A stretch of DNA of 45,400 nt from Promethearchaeota archaeon. GTDB taxonomy: Archaea > Asgardarchaeota > Lokiarchaeia > Sigyniarchaeales > SOKP01. The stretch is taken from NCBI GenBank assembly GCA_029838195.1, contig JALGVJ010000041.1, positions 1 through 45,400 of the forward strand. The letters are read 5' to 3'. Both the position numbers and the translations under genes were made by a program. Positions 21,482 to 31,922 of this stretch are shown one piece after another. A model generated the notes under the pieces. That model had not been told where the DNA came from. It saw only the letters and a program-made list of their open reading frames with translations, and did no database searches. Numbering within the stretch: the first letter of the stretch is position 1; every line of letters begins with the position of its first letter.

Positions 21482-22792
21482 ATGTTAATGGAAAAAGATT
21501 TAAGAGAAATACATACACTTGAATATGAAATAATAACACCGCTTCATATTGGAAATGGAGAAAAAATCCCAAAAACAGAACTTGCCTTTTTTCCAAATGA
21601 AGGCTTGATTCGAAAAGTAGATTTTGAAAAATTCTTTGCTAATCAACCTCCTCAAAAAATGGGAGAACTTTTAAAATTCATTAAAAGCGCTCAAAATGAT
21701 TATTTCAACGACATTCTTAAATTCGAACATTTAAATTTAAATAATACGCCAAGCGAATATGATTTACAATTTCTATTCCCTTATTCAAAAAATGACCTCT
21801 TGAAACTTAGAGAGATTTCTACGTTTATTAAGAATCCTTTCTTCAAACCTTTTATTCCTGGTTCTTCCATGAAAGGATGGCTTAGAACAGCAATCTTATA
21901 CTATTATTTAACGAAAATCAAAGAAACTAAAGAGAATCTAGAAGAATTCAACCAAGAATTAGATCATTTACCCCGTGGAGGAAGATCGTTGTATGAAAAG
22001 AAAAAAAATATGAGAAAAATTTTAGAAGATAAAATTTTTGGAGCAGACCCCCGCGAGAATATTTTCAGATTTATCATTATAACGGATACCACTCCAATTA
22101 ATCCTCAAGATTTGTTATTAGGATTAATTAATATATATCACCCCACAAAAAGGAGAAATGAAATGCTATTTGAGTCGCTCGGCTTTCCCATTTTCATTGA
22201 ATTGTTAAAAGAGGGAGCTAGAGCATCTAATAGGATTATTTTTGATAGAAGTTTAGACAAGTTTAAAGAAAGGTACCTGAGTTCCAATTCAATATCTTCA
22301 AAAATCAGAGAATTCATTTTAGGAGATTTAATTGAACGAGAAGGAGAAGAAAAAATTCGAAAAATCTGCCAGATTAATAATTTCTTTTCAAAAAACATAA
22401 TTGAATATAATTATAATTATTTGAATAAATTAAATAATGAAATATCTAGTCCTTACCTCGAAAATCTCATGCAATTTTATGAAAATCGCCTCCGAGAGAT
22501 ATTCAAAGAAATAACCTCGTCAAATAATTCATTTTTAATGAGATTAGGTTTTGGAACTGAATGGACTTCAAAAACTATCGGGCATCTATTAATTGATTAT
22601 TTTCTCAATAAAAGACAGCCAACTATGGATTTCAATGTGTTTTTCGACCGCCTTAATAGACTCCAATTATTTAAAGGACAAACCATGCATAAGCATTTTA
22701 AAATGATCCCTATATCCAGAGCATATGTAGTTAATAATTTAAACATTCCCCAATATCCTTTAGGATGGGTAAAAGTAAACATCAATACTTAA
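21482..22792 (+). CDS. csm5: Csm5 RAMP
   Basis: TPLHIGNG, PFIPGSSMKGWLRTA, RLGFG, PLGWV. Confidence 0.95.
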   Translation: MLMEKDLREIHTLEYEIITPLHIGNGEKIPKTELAFFPNEGLIRKVDFEKFFANQPPQKMGELLKFIKSAQNDYFNDILKFEHLNLNNTPSEYDLQFLFPYSKNDLLKLREISTFIKNPFFKPFIPGSSMKGWLRTAILYYYLTKIKETKENLEEFNQELDHLPRGGRSLYEKKKNMRKILEDKIFGADPRENIFRFIIITDTTPINPQDLLLGLINIYHPTKRRNEMLFESLGFPIFIELLKEGARASNRIIFDRSLDKFKERYLSSNSISSKIREFILGDLIEREGEEKIRKICQINNFFSKNIIEYNYNYLNKLNNEISSPYLENLMQFYENRLREIFKEITSSNNSFLMRLGFGTEWTSKTIGHLLIDYFLNKRQPTMDFNVFFDRLNRLQLFKGQTMHKHFKMIPISRAYVVNNLNIPQYPLGWVKVNINT

Positions 22793-22859
22793 ATTACGTT
22801 AGAAATTTAAAAAAAATGAAATTTTTCAATCAATATCAATTAATTTTTTTCCAAAATTC

Positions 22860-24323
22860 ATGTTTCGGACAACTAATAAAATATATGAGAGTAAAGATAT
22901 TATTTTTGATTTAATCTTTAAATTTGGTTCTTTTGATCCCAATGAAAGGGAAAGATTATTACTGAATATCTCTAAAAATAATGAATTTTCGGGTTATATA
23001 GCTAGAGCATTATCAGATAATTTCTTAGATATTTCTATTGAAGTAAGACATACATTAATCTTTAATTTAATAAATTTTGAGAGAGCTATTCCCGAGATTT
23101 TAAAAATTCTGAGAAAATATTATGCCAAATTACCAAAAGAAATTTTTTATTATATAATAATTAATTTAGCAAAATATGAGGATGATCCTTCTGTTGAGGT
23201 TGCTAGATTTATATGGGATAAATTAGAAGATATTAATATCAATATTAGAAATGAATTAATATTAGAATTAGCATCCCATGAAGATTCTTCCATTGAAGTT
23301 CTTAAAATGATTTATGAAAAATTTGAACTTTTCTCTGATGAAGATATAGAAAAAATTCTATTAAAAATTACTGAATTTGAAGAATCTTCCCTTTTTCTTA
23401 TCGGATTGTTAAAAAATTCTGATTTTTTTAGTAGAATTCCCTATCAATTAATTAATAATATTTTAAAAAAGATTGTTGAATATGATAAAGTGAAAGAAAA
23501 ATTAAGTGAAATTATTCTTGTATATTTTGAACAAATCGATTTTAATTTAAATGAAGAATTATTAATAAAAATTTCAAATGAAGATCAAGCTGTAGAACAT
23601 ATTCTAGAAATCCTAAAAGTAAGGTCTCAATTATTCGATATTACTTTTCTTGAAAATGTTTTTAAAAATATAATTAAGACTTTGAGTAATTCAAAAGTAC
23701 AGAATTCTTTTGATGTACTAGCAGATTATTTATCAAATAAATTTGAAGAAATTCCATCTAAAATAAGAAATAATTTATTATTGGAGCTCTCTGAACATAA
23801 AGAAGTTGGATATATAATAGCAGATATATTATATAATTATTATGAAAAAATTCCTGAAAATATAAGGCAAAAAATTATTATAAATCTCCCATTTGATGAA
23901 AAAATTAATAATATACTTAAAGAAATATACGAAATAAATTTCTTAGAAATACAATTAGATAAATATTTAGAAGAAATTAGAAATTATATTTCAATTGATA
24001 TTCAAAAAGATTTATTTCTAAGTTCTGAAGAAACTAATTTTTCTGGAATACTTAGTTCAGTAAGGAAATTTATTGAAAAATTAATAAAAAATATTGCATC
24101 CGAAAAAATAAAAGATTTTAATAGAATTACAAATTACAAAATTATTAAGAGACTACGTGAAATTAATGTTATTTCAGAAAATCAGGAAAAAAATTTACTA
24201 TTTTTAAATGGTTATGGAAATATTGGATCACATAATACTCCAATTTCTTTATCTTTTAGGGAGAGAATCATGTTAGTATTAGCTTTAAGTCAAGTAATTG
24301 ATGAAATTTTATTCACGGATTAA
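22860..24323 (+). CDS. HEAT/ARM-like repeat protein with a C-terminal DUF4145/HEPN-like domain
   Basis: About ten ~33-aa helical repeats (e.g. FEEIPSKIRNNLLLELS, YEKIPENIRQKIIINL); C-terminus VRKFIEKLI...LREINVIS...GYGNIGSH. Confidence 0.65.
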   Translation: MFRTTNKIYESKDIIFDLIFKFGSFDPNERERLLLNISKNNEFSGYIARALSDNFLDISIEVRHTLIFNLINFERAIPEILKILRKYYAKLPKEIFYYIIINLAKYEDDPSVEVARFIWDKLEDININIRNELILELASHEDSSIEVLKMIYEKFELFSDEDIEKILLKITEFEESSLFLIGLLKNSDFFSRIPYQLINNILKKIVEYDKVKEKLSEIILVYFEQIDFNLNEELLIKISNEDQAVEHILEILKVRSQLFDITFLENVFKNIIKTLSNSKVQNSFDVLADYLSNKFEEIPSKIRNNLLLELSEHKEVGYIIADILYNYYEKIPENIRQKIIINLPFDEKINNILKEIYEINFLEIQLDKYLEEIRNYISIDIQKDLFLSSEETNFSGILSSVRKFIEKLIKNIASEKIKDFNRITNYKIIKRLREINVISENQEKNLLFLNGYGNIGSHNTPISLSFRERIMLVLALSQVIDEILFTD

Positions 24324-24390
24324 ACAATTTTTAGTCATTCGAAGTATTTTCAAATTTAAATATATGAAATAATTTAATAATTTATCTCAT

Positions 24391-25173
24391 ATGATTCGAA
24401 TAAAATTAGAACTCAAACCAGAAGAAAAAAATGGAGCGTTTCAATATCCGCCTCTTGGGTATATTTTTCGAGCAATTTTAATGAAGTGGTTGACAGAGTT
24501 AAAACCTGATCTCGTTCAAGAATTACATTCTAGCAATAAAATTCGCCCTTATTCCATTCAAATAATGTGTCGTAGAGAAAAATTAATTTTTTATATCAAT
24601 ATTTTTAATCCTTCTTTAAGCTCTTTACTCATTAATGATTTAATTCAAAAAAAGCAAAAATCTTTTAAAATAATGAAACAAAAATATCTCGTGCGGAAAG
24701 CGTTATTTGAGGATATTTCAATAAATTCTTATCTTAGAAAAGGGCGTCCTGTAAGCAGTTTTAAAATTGATTTTTTGAAGCCAACTTTTTTTAATACTAC
24801 TCGAGGAGATTATTCAATAAAGCTCCCCATTCCTGAGATCATGTTCAGCAATCTCGTGAATCTGTGGAATGAATTTTCAGATGAGAAAGATAAAATCGAA
24901 AAAAATAATTTTCTACAATGGGTTAATCGATATATGTATCCAAGTAGTTTTAAAATTAAAACTCAAGCAAGAGAAATGGGAGAAAATTTACCTGCTTCAG
25001 GGGTTATTGGTTGGATGATCTATTTCTTAACTGAAAATCATCTCATTTATAATAAATATATTGATGGATTATGCAAATTAGGAGAATTAACAAATGTAGG
25101 AGGAGGTCGTACTGCGGGATTTGGCTTGATAAAATATACTCCTTTAGAATTTTTTGAATCTTCTACTAATTAA
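24391..25173 (+). CDS. cas6: Cas6 endoribonuclease (copy 1)
   Basis: LH...RPYSI, F.KPTFF, LPIP...NL..LWN, C-terminal GGGRTAGFG loop. Confidence 0.93.
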   Translation: MIRIKLELKPEEKNGAFQYPPLGYIFRAILMKWLTELKPDLVQELHSSNKIRPYSIQIMCRREKLIFYINIFNPSLSSLLINDLIQKKQKSFKIMKQKYLVRKALFEDISINSYLRKGRPVSSFKIDFLKPTFFNTTRGDYSIKLPIPEIMFSNLVNLWNEFSDEKDKIEKNNFLQWVNRYMYPSSFKIKTQAREMGENLPASGVIGWMIYFLTENHLIYNKYIDGLCKLGELTNVGGGRTAGFGLIKYTPLEFFESSTN

Positions 25174-25274
25174 TAAGTAGAAAACCTTAAAATTCATAAA
25201 ATTTGGTCAGTGTTTAAAATGGCTTATTAAAAAATTGATTAGAATCATTGAGTTATTTATATTCCCATTCATTT

Positions 25275-26735
25275 TTATTTTTCAGGAGTTTTTAACCATT
25301 TCTCTATAGTCTTTAATTTACTTTCATCATATCTTATTAAAATATTACCATCTACCCCTTTTTTTACAAAAATGAAATCATTGAGAAATCCTGAATGAGC
25401 GAAAAAATTACGTTTAATGTCAGAACTTGTTCTTGATTCTTCAAGATCAGGTTTTAACTGTTCCTCCTTTGTAGAAATTCCTTGATACTGAAGAATATTT
25501 AAATCTTTTAAACATATTTCTTCATAATCTTGTAAACTTTTTGATTTAATTTCTATAACTCTTAAATCTCTTTCGAGAAAGCGCTTGTTTACACCCATAT
25601 CAAGCCGAGAATACAAGTCTGTAAATATTTTATTTATATTTTCTATGGAAGGTTCGCTGGTGTTAACATTTTCATCGTAAAATTGTTTCAGGGATTCAAA
25701 TAATCCCAAGGTAAACAAGCAATTTATCACTTCTTTTTTTTTCACGTTCATTCTTGTTAGGGTGAGGCGCTGGATATGCTCTCTTTCGTGGTTTATCACA
25801 TCCTTAGAAATGAGTAAATTACCGTTAATAAAATGCGGTAGTCTTTTAATCTCTTCTAATTGTTTTACCAAGCAATCCATGGATTCCTCGGAAAAAGAAA
25901 TAAGCTCTCTTGTAAATAATGCTAATGGGACATTATTAGTAATTGCCTTAAATGCTATAAGCGTTGGAGCAATAATTTTCGATTTCGTACTTGGTAGAAG
26001 CCGTGGTGCACTTTTATAAATTTCAGGTGGATATGCTCTTCCACCTCCTTTAATAAATGCAGATGGGATTGATGTCGTTGAATAAGGAATAGAAAAAAAT
26101 GCTTTCGATTTTTCTTCAACAAGAGTAATTGGATAAGGGCCCTTGATATTTCTCATTACTGGAGGTACTATAGCAATCTGGACCTTTAATTGAGAATCAC
26201 CGGAGATAATCGCTTTTAAATTATTGTATACTAAAAGATGCCTAGCAGCTTCTAATAGCGCTTTCGCGTAGATATTAAATCCGGTGGAAATATCAAATAT
26301 TAAATCTCCCTTCATGTCAAGTAAATCAGCGACCACTTGAATGATGATATTATCCAAACTGTTTTCAAAATTAATTTGAAAATTTGTATTTTTATTATTA
26401 ATATTATAAAGTCCCAATGATTGAATAGATTTAATTTCATGAGGTATTTTTAAATCCAAATTGAGTTTCTTTTTAACATAATCATCCTTAAAAGCGTGAG
26501 GTGGCTTTAATTTTTGAATTATTTCCTCTTCATTTTCATATAAAAAAGCAACTACGCTCTCAGGAATATAATAAATTATTTTAACGCTTGTATCGGGAAC
26601 CATTACCTTGCTAAGCGCAATTGAACTTAATACTGTTTTAATGGTTTCGCCATTATGGGCAAATTCAACATCATCATAATTTAGATTACCCAATACCTGG
26701 ACAATTGTCATGATTTTTTGATTCTCCATGAGCAT
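25275..26735 (-). CDS. csx1: Csx1 CARF-HEPN ribonuclease (TM1812-like)
   Basis: CARF DISTGFN motif, NVPLAL, HEPN RNFFAHSGF. Confidence 0.92.
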   Translation of the reverse strand: MLMENQKIMTIVQVLGNLNYDDVEFAHNGETIKTVLSSIALSKVMVPDTSVKIIYYIPESVVAFLYENEEEIIQKLKPPHAFKDDYVKKKLNLDLKIPHEIKSIQSLGLYNINNKNTNFQINFENSLDNIIIQVVADLLDMKGDLIFDISTGFNIYAKALLEAARHLLVYNNLKAIISGDSQLKVQIAIVPPVMRNIKGPYPITLVEEKSKAFFSIPYSTTSIPSAFIKGGGRAYPPEIYKSAPRLLPSTKSKIIAPTLIAFKAITNNVPLALFTRELISFSEESMDCLVKQLEEIKRLPHFINGNLLISKDVINHEREHIQRLTLTRMNVKKKEVINCLFTLGLFESLKQFYDENVNTSEPSIENINKIFTDLYSRLDMGVNKRFLERDLRVIEIKSKSLQDYEEICLKDLNILQYQGISTKEEQLKPDLEESRTSSDIKRNFFAHSGFLNDFIFVKKGVDGNILIRYDESKLKTIEKWLKTPEK

Positions 26736-26940
26736 TCATTCTCATCTTAATAGTTTTAATATATTGAATGCATTCGATACTTTTATCTTTTTCACCTCGT
26801 CATGATTTACTTGTTTTATTAAAGATTACTTAAAGGTTCATTTATCTTGCTCGTTTTTCCCGAGAAATAATACTAACCATATTTCTTTTTTTATTTATTG
26901 CTGTTTTTATATTATTATCATTCTAATATAGTTATTTGAT

Positions 26941-27450
26941 TTAAGATTTTTTAAAGCTCCTCAGCAGTTCAAATAATACCTTCCCCCTGGAAGTGATTTC
27001 ATGGGTATCCCACCCTCTTTTTCTTAATAACCCTTGTTTCACCATCTGCTGAATCGAATAATGATCAGAAAATATTTCATTTCTCTGAATTTTAAATGAC
27101 ATGTCCAAGAGAGCATTAAATTCGATGGAATGCAAGATAGGAGTCTCCACTAACACCGCATGAAGTCCCATCGTCCGTGGATGTAAAATTCGCTTGCTCT
27201 CCTCGGAGGATAGTTTTTCTAAATTTAATGGATTATCTGCCCCTAAAAAATTCTTGATATTGCCTTCGCTCTCGATTTCTGAACTAGTAATTAAATGACA
27301 TGCCATGTCCACCGGAAACATGTTCGGTAACGTATTAAAAATCCCTGATATAGTATTCCTTTCTCCCGCAACGTTCCCATAAATAGCCTTCCCCTTACTA
27401 TTTTCTTTTAATCTCATCTCCTCTTTCATGAACGCTACAAGCGTTTTCAT
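26941..27450 (-). CDS. Small protein, possible minimal CARF-like N-terminus plus winged-helix C-terminus
   Basis: MKTLVAF first strand, D...LITS.E; C-terminal QQMVKQGLL...EITSRGK wHTH signature; GGAGGT upstream. Confidence 0.45.
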   Translation of the reverse strand: MKTLVAFMKEEMRLKENSKGKAIYGNVAGERNTISGIFNTLPNMFPVDMACHLITSSEIESEGNIKNFLGADNPLNLEKLSSEESKRILHPRTMGLHAVLVETPILHSIEFNALLDMSFKIQRNEIFSDHYSIQQMVKQGLLRKRGWDTHEITSRGKVLFELLRSFKKS

Positions 27451-27927
27451 TATCTTATAATTATTCTAATGCATGTTAATCGTGCCAACAAGAATAAAGA
27501 TTAGACCTCCTAGATCCAAACCCTCAAGTGAAGATAAGACATTTTGAGGAATTTTGGAGTAAGAACCATGAAAAAATCGGTCTTCAGAAATTCTTTTAAT
27601 ATTTCTAATTTTTTTTGTTTCAAATTATAGTTATATCCTTTCTGTATGAGAAAGCTTAATCTTGTTTTAAAACGGGCACCTCGCTTTTTTACAAAATTCA
27701 AGGCGGGATAGCTATGTTTTTCGTTAAAGAATTATTTGAGATTTTTAAGATTCAGTTAAAAACAAAAATTAAAAAAAAACACTCTTAAATGAGAGTTAAT
27801 GATAAAACAGAAATTTTGTTAAGTCCCCAAGATTTAAATAGAGAGAATATATATTATCAAATATAAGTAATAAAACTTAAAATAAAAGAAATACAAGCCG
27901 AGAGACAATATTAAATTTTGATTTGCA

Positions 27928-29592
27928 ATGTTGCTTAATGCTTTAGTAAATATCGGAAGAGTAATTGAAGGGGAGACTGAATTAGAGGATTTTGCTAAAA
28001 AATATGATCCTGAAATTGTTAAATTTATAAACATGAGGTATAGTTCTCCTCCAAAAATGGATCGAATTGTTAAAATAAACATAGCTCCAGGAATTTTAGA
28101 TGCTTTTGATACTGTGAAATTAGGAATTGAAAGAATTGACCCTGAATTTTGGAAAAATATTATAGATAAATTTAAAAAAAAACTTGATAAAAAGAAAAGA
28201 GATGAAAATAAAAAGGAAGTAATTAATGAAATCATTAAAAAATTAAATCTTGATATCAATGACTTTCAAAGATACATTTCTTTAGAAGTGATTGAATATA
28301 ATAAAGAACATCCCTATCTAATGTTAAGAGGAGAAAAAAAAGGGAATAATGTTTTTTTATCGCCGACGATGTTTACTAAAATTTCTTCAAAAAAAATTGA
28401 ATCTTTCCCCTTATGGAAGATAAATTTAGATATATCGTTAATTTTACCTGAAAAAGAAGATGAGGAAATAATTTTTATTAAAAATTTTTTTCAAAATTTA
28501 CCAAGTTTATCAGAAACTTCAAAAATTAAAGAAATAGATGCCGATCTAATTTTTAAATTTATTATTTCAGAGATTTTTTTAAGAGTATTAAATTCTGACA
28601 TCGAAAGAGAGAATTTAAAAACAGGTTATTATTTTTTTCCCATCTGTTTTAATGGGAAGTGGCCTTATAATATAGAGATATTTAAAGAGTATTATAAAAA
28701 AAAGACATTATCTGATGAAAATGCCCCAATAGGAATATGTTCGGGATGCGGAGAAAGAAAAAATGTAGAGAAGGGCCTAACAAAAGAATTAGGTTTTTTT
28801 AGCATCGATCAAAATAGTTTTACGTATTCTTTTTTCAAGGATTCGAACTACCAATTATGTAATGAATGTAAATACTTAGTCGAAGTTGGATTTAATCATG
28901 TAAAAAAAGATTTAAGAATTTTTTTAGGCGCACGTGGGAGGGGGAAGAGAAAGAATCCATATGAATTATACGTTATTCCGATTGCGGATGACCTTCAAAC
29001 ATTATCTAAAATTTTGAAAGAATTAAAATTTACTAAGGATTATAAGGAAAAGATTATTAAGGCAGGAGAGTTGGCGCAAGAATCGAATAATCAAGAAGAG
29101 GAAGAGGGAGAAGAAGTTTCCGAACAAATTTTACCCGCAAAAGAAGATTTACATAATTTTTTTATTAATTATTATTTTAGTAGGGGAGAAAAGAAAGAGA
29201 AAGATAGATTTGAATTATTATTAATTACATATTATCATCCAGATGGGCAATCAAGTGATTTTCATAATATCATATCTATCGATCTTTTAGATCATGAAAA
29301 AATAATCAAGTTATCCGATGTGCTTTCCGAATTAGAATTAAACGGGGAATTTATTTCTTTAAAAGATATCTTTTTCCTATTTGGAATCCATAAATTTAAA
29401 ACATATATCAGTAAATATCTAAATTTAAAAAGAATTGATTTATCTACATTATGTCGAGACGCTTATTTAAATCTTAAACAAGAATTTTTTAAATTCATGT
29501 CCAATCCATCTAATCCGCCTAATTTTATTAGACTTAATTTATATAGACTGAATATTTATTTCAAATTAATAAATAAATTGAATTTAATATGA
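27928..29592 (+). CDS. cas8b: Type I-B Cas8b (Csh1/TM1802-like) lacking its C-terminal bundle
   Basis: MLLNALVNIG start, GICSGCG and YQLCNEC Zn finger, FFSIDQ, YVIP; first gene of the cas7-cas5-cas3 operon. Confidence 0.82.
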   Translation: MLLNALVNIGRVIEGETELEDFAKKYDPEIVKFINMRYSSPPKMDRIVKINIAPGILDAFDTVKLGIERIDPEFWKNIIDKFKKKLDKKKRDENKKEVINEIIKKLNLDINDFQRYISLEVIEYNKEHPYLMLRGEKKGNNVFLSPTMFTKISSKKIESFPLWKINLDISLILPEKEDEEIIFIKNFFQNLPSLSETSKIKEIDADLIFKFIISEIFLRVLNSDIERENLKTGYYFFPICFNGKWPYNIEIFKEYYKKKTLSDENAPIGICSGCGERKNVEKGLTKELGFFSIDQNSFTYSFFKDSNYQLCNECKYLVEVGFNHVKKDLRIFLGARGRGKRKNPYELYVIPIADDLQTLSKILKELKFTKDYKEKIIKAGELAQESNNQEEEEGEEVSEQILPAKEDLHNFFINYYFSRGEKKEKDRFELLLITYYHPDGQSSDFHNIISIDLLDHEKIIKLSDVLSELELNGEFISLKDIFFLFGIHKFKTYISKYLNLKRIDLSTLCRDAYLNLKQEFFKFMSNPSNPPNFIRLNLYRLNIYFKLINKLNLI

Positions 29593-30974
29593 ATTTGAAT
29601 AAAACTAATAATATCATAGAATTCGAGATAAATCAAGAAGATATTAAGGATCCCTATTTCACATTAGGAGAAATTGCTCGTGAGCTTAATTATTATTTTT
29701 TTATTAGCAATAATAGAGAGGAAAAATATAATATTATAATAAAAAACATTCCTGTTTTTATTAATTGGATTATAAAATCAAGGACCAATTTTGAATATTT
29801 ATTAAAATTATATCAGTTCTTAGATAAAAGATTTAAAGTTTATTTACCACAAAAAAAAATAAGAAATATAAAGAACATTTTAAATAATTATAATAGAAAC
29901 CGTATAGATTTAGATAATGACAAGATCCTTTATTATAAAAAGATCCTTAAGCTATATCAAAGAATAAACAAGAAGTTCAAAAAATTAAAGGTTTTTTTTG
30001 ATAAAAAAGAAAATTATAGGGAGATTAAATATTCTTCTTTAGCTGATTTATATTTTTTACAAGGTTTTGATAATTTTTCCTTAAAAGGAGAAGATACCTT
30101 TTTAAATAAATGGATTGAAGGAACCATTTTAAATGATAATATTTCATATAAAATCGCATTTATTTTGGGAAGATATTATTATAGAGTAGCAGAAAATGAA
30201 ATCAAATTAGTTAAAAATCTTGGCTTATCAAAAAAAATAGTTTCTTGGCTGAAGAAAATTCAAATTGAGAATTTTATAACATTATTCCGAGAGATTACCA
30301 TATCTTATTTTCATTTATTACGGAAAAGGCAAGATTTAAATAATCCTAAAGAAAGTGAAAAATCTAATCCACTTAAATTAGATCATTTGATACGATATAG
30401 AAGAATAATTGAAAAACTCTTAGATGTTTTCTATTTCGAAAGCGAAACAACAATTAACAATAATAATATTAATAATAAAATGATACAATTTTGTTTCATG
30501 AGCGGGTTTTTAGTGAGGAATTCTCCCATAAAAAAATCCATGAGTACTTATAAGAAGCTTAATTTCCCTCAAAAAAATGAATATACTAAATTATTATATG
30601 ATTTAGGTAAAATGGTAAGAATGATTAGTGAATATGAATTAGAAGAATTCCAATCTCATTCTTTTAAAAATATTATTAAAAAATTTCAAGATTTAAATCA
30701 TTCGAATATTTTATACATTTTATTACATGTTTCTAAAATCTTAATAAGAAATTGGTTAAAAAATGTCCAAAATATTCTTGGTAAAGGAACAAATGATGAT
30801 TTAATAAAAATAAAATATATTTATACAAAAAGGTATCATGACATTATTTATAGATTTTTACACTTAGATCAAAATAAAAAGTTTGATAAATATGCTGGAC
30901 CAATCGTTTTCATGATTGGTTTTAGTTCAATTCCAATTAAAAGTAACCAAAATTCAAAGAAGGTGAAAAAATAA
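29589..30974 (+). CDS. Stand-alone protein of three tandem Cas11b-like (Cas8b C-terminal) domains
   Basis: Three units each running from (F/Y)xLG to FxxGF; ATGA overlap with cas8b; stop abuts the cas7 GTG. Confidence 0.65.
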   Translation: MNLNKTNNIIEFEINQEDIKDPYFTLGEIARELNYYFFISNNREEKYNIIIKNIPVFINWIIKSRTNFEYLLKLYQFLDKRFKVYLPQKKIRNIKNILNNYNRNRIDLDNDKILYYKKILKLYQRINKKFKKLKVFFDKKENYREIKYSSLADLYFLQGFDNFSLKGEDTFLNKWIEGTILNDNISYKIAFILGRYYYRVAENEIKLVKNLGLSKKIVSWLKKIQIENFITLFREITISYFHLLRKRQDLNNPKESEKSNPLKLDHLIRYRRIIEKLLDVFYFESETTINNNNINNKMIQFCFMSGFLVRNSPIKKSMSTYKKLNFPQKNEYTKLLYDLGKMVRMISEYELEEFQSHSFKNIIKKFQDLNHSNILYILLHVSKILIRNWLKNVQNILGKGTNDDLIKIKYIYTKRYHDIIYRFLHLDQNKKFDKYAGPIVFMIGFSSIPIKSNQNSKKVKK

Positions 30975-31922
30975 GTGAGCGAAAAAAATGAAATAATTAA
31001 GAAAAGAAGAGAATTAGTTTTTGTCTATTCTGTCAGAGAGGCAAATCCAAATGGTGATCCAGATGATGAGAATCGCCCTCGTACAGATGATGATGGATTC
31101 GCCTTAGTTTCTGATGTGCGGCTTAAAAGGACGATTCGAGATTATTGGTTGTCGAATAACAGTGATGTGCTCGTAAAAAGAGTTTATGATGAGAAGGGGA
31201 ATATTTATGACATGAATAAGAGGATTACTTCTGTTTTAAGTGAAGATGATGCTGCCGATCGAACAAAAATTCTTGAAAAAATTCCAAAACAGTTCATAGA
31301 TGCACGATTATTTGGATTTGTTGGAACCGTGAAAGGAGCTAATTGTTCGCTAACAGGACCAGTCCAATTTAGTATTGGAAAATCTCTTAATAAGCCGAAT
31401 ATAACAACCCATACAATAACATCGGTGATGGCCGGAGCTTCAGAGAAAGGAGGATCTATAGGAGCATTCCATATATTAGATTATGCGTTGATAAGATTTC
31501 AAGGGGTGATTTGCCCTAAATTAGCAGAGATTTCTAAAATGACAAAAAATGACTTGAAAGAGCTATATGCAGGAATTTGGAAAGGAACACAGACATTAAA
31601 CACGCGATCTAAATTTAATCACGTACCCAAATTGTTATTGGCCTTTAGAAGCAAGGATGGCGAGTTCTTATGTGGTGAATTAGCTTATCAATTAGAAATT
31701 GAAGAAACAGAGGATCATAATGAAGAACCGATATTAGTGTTAGATCGTTTAATTGAACGAATTATTAATTTAGCTGATGATAATATTGAAGCAGTCGAGT
31801 ATTTAATGCAAACAGGATTTAAGTTGAAATACAATGGAAACGAATATCTTACCTTTGAAGAGTTATGGAAGCAAACCCCTTTGAAAGACAAAACTAGCTT
31901 AGAATTAATAGAATTATTATGA
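30975..31922 (+). CDS. cas7: Type I-B Cas7/Csh2
   Basis: ANPNGDPDDENRPR, VSDVRLKRTIRDY, DARLFG, TGPVQF, TRSK. Confidence 0.96.
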   Translation: MSEKNEIIKKRRELVFVYSVREANPNGDPDDENRPRTDDDGFALVSDVRLKRTIRDYWLSNNSDVLVKRVYDEKGNIYDMNKRITSVLSEDDAADRTKILEKIPKQFIDARLFGFVGTVKGANCSLTGPVQFSIGKSLNKPNITTHTITSVMAGASEKGGSIGAFHILDYALIRFQGVICPKLAEISKMTKNDLKELYAGIWKGTQTLNTRSKFNHVPKLLLAFRSKDGEFLCGELAYQLEIEETEDHNEEPILVLDRLIERIINLADDNIEAVEYLMQTGFKLKYNGNEYLTFEELWKQTPLKDKTSLELIELL

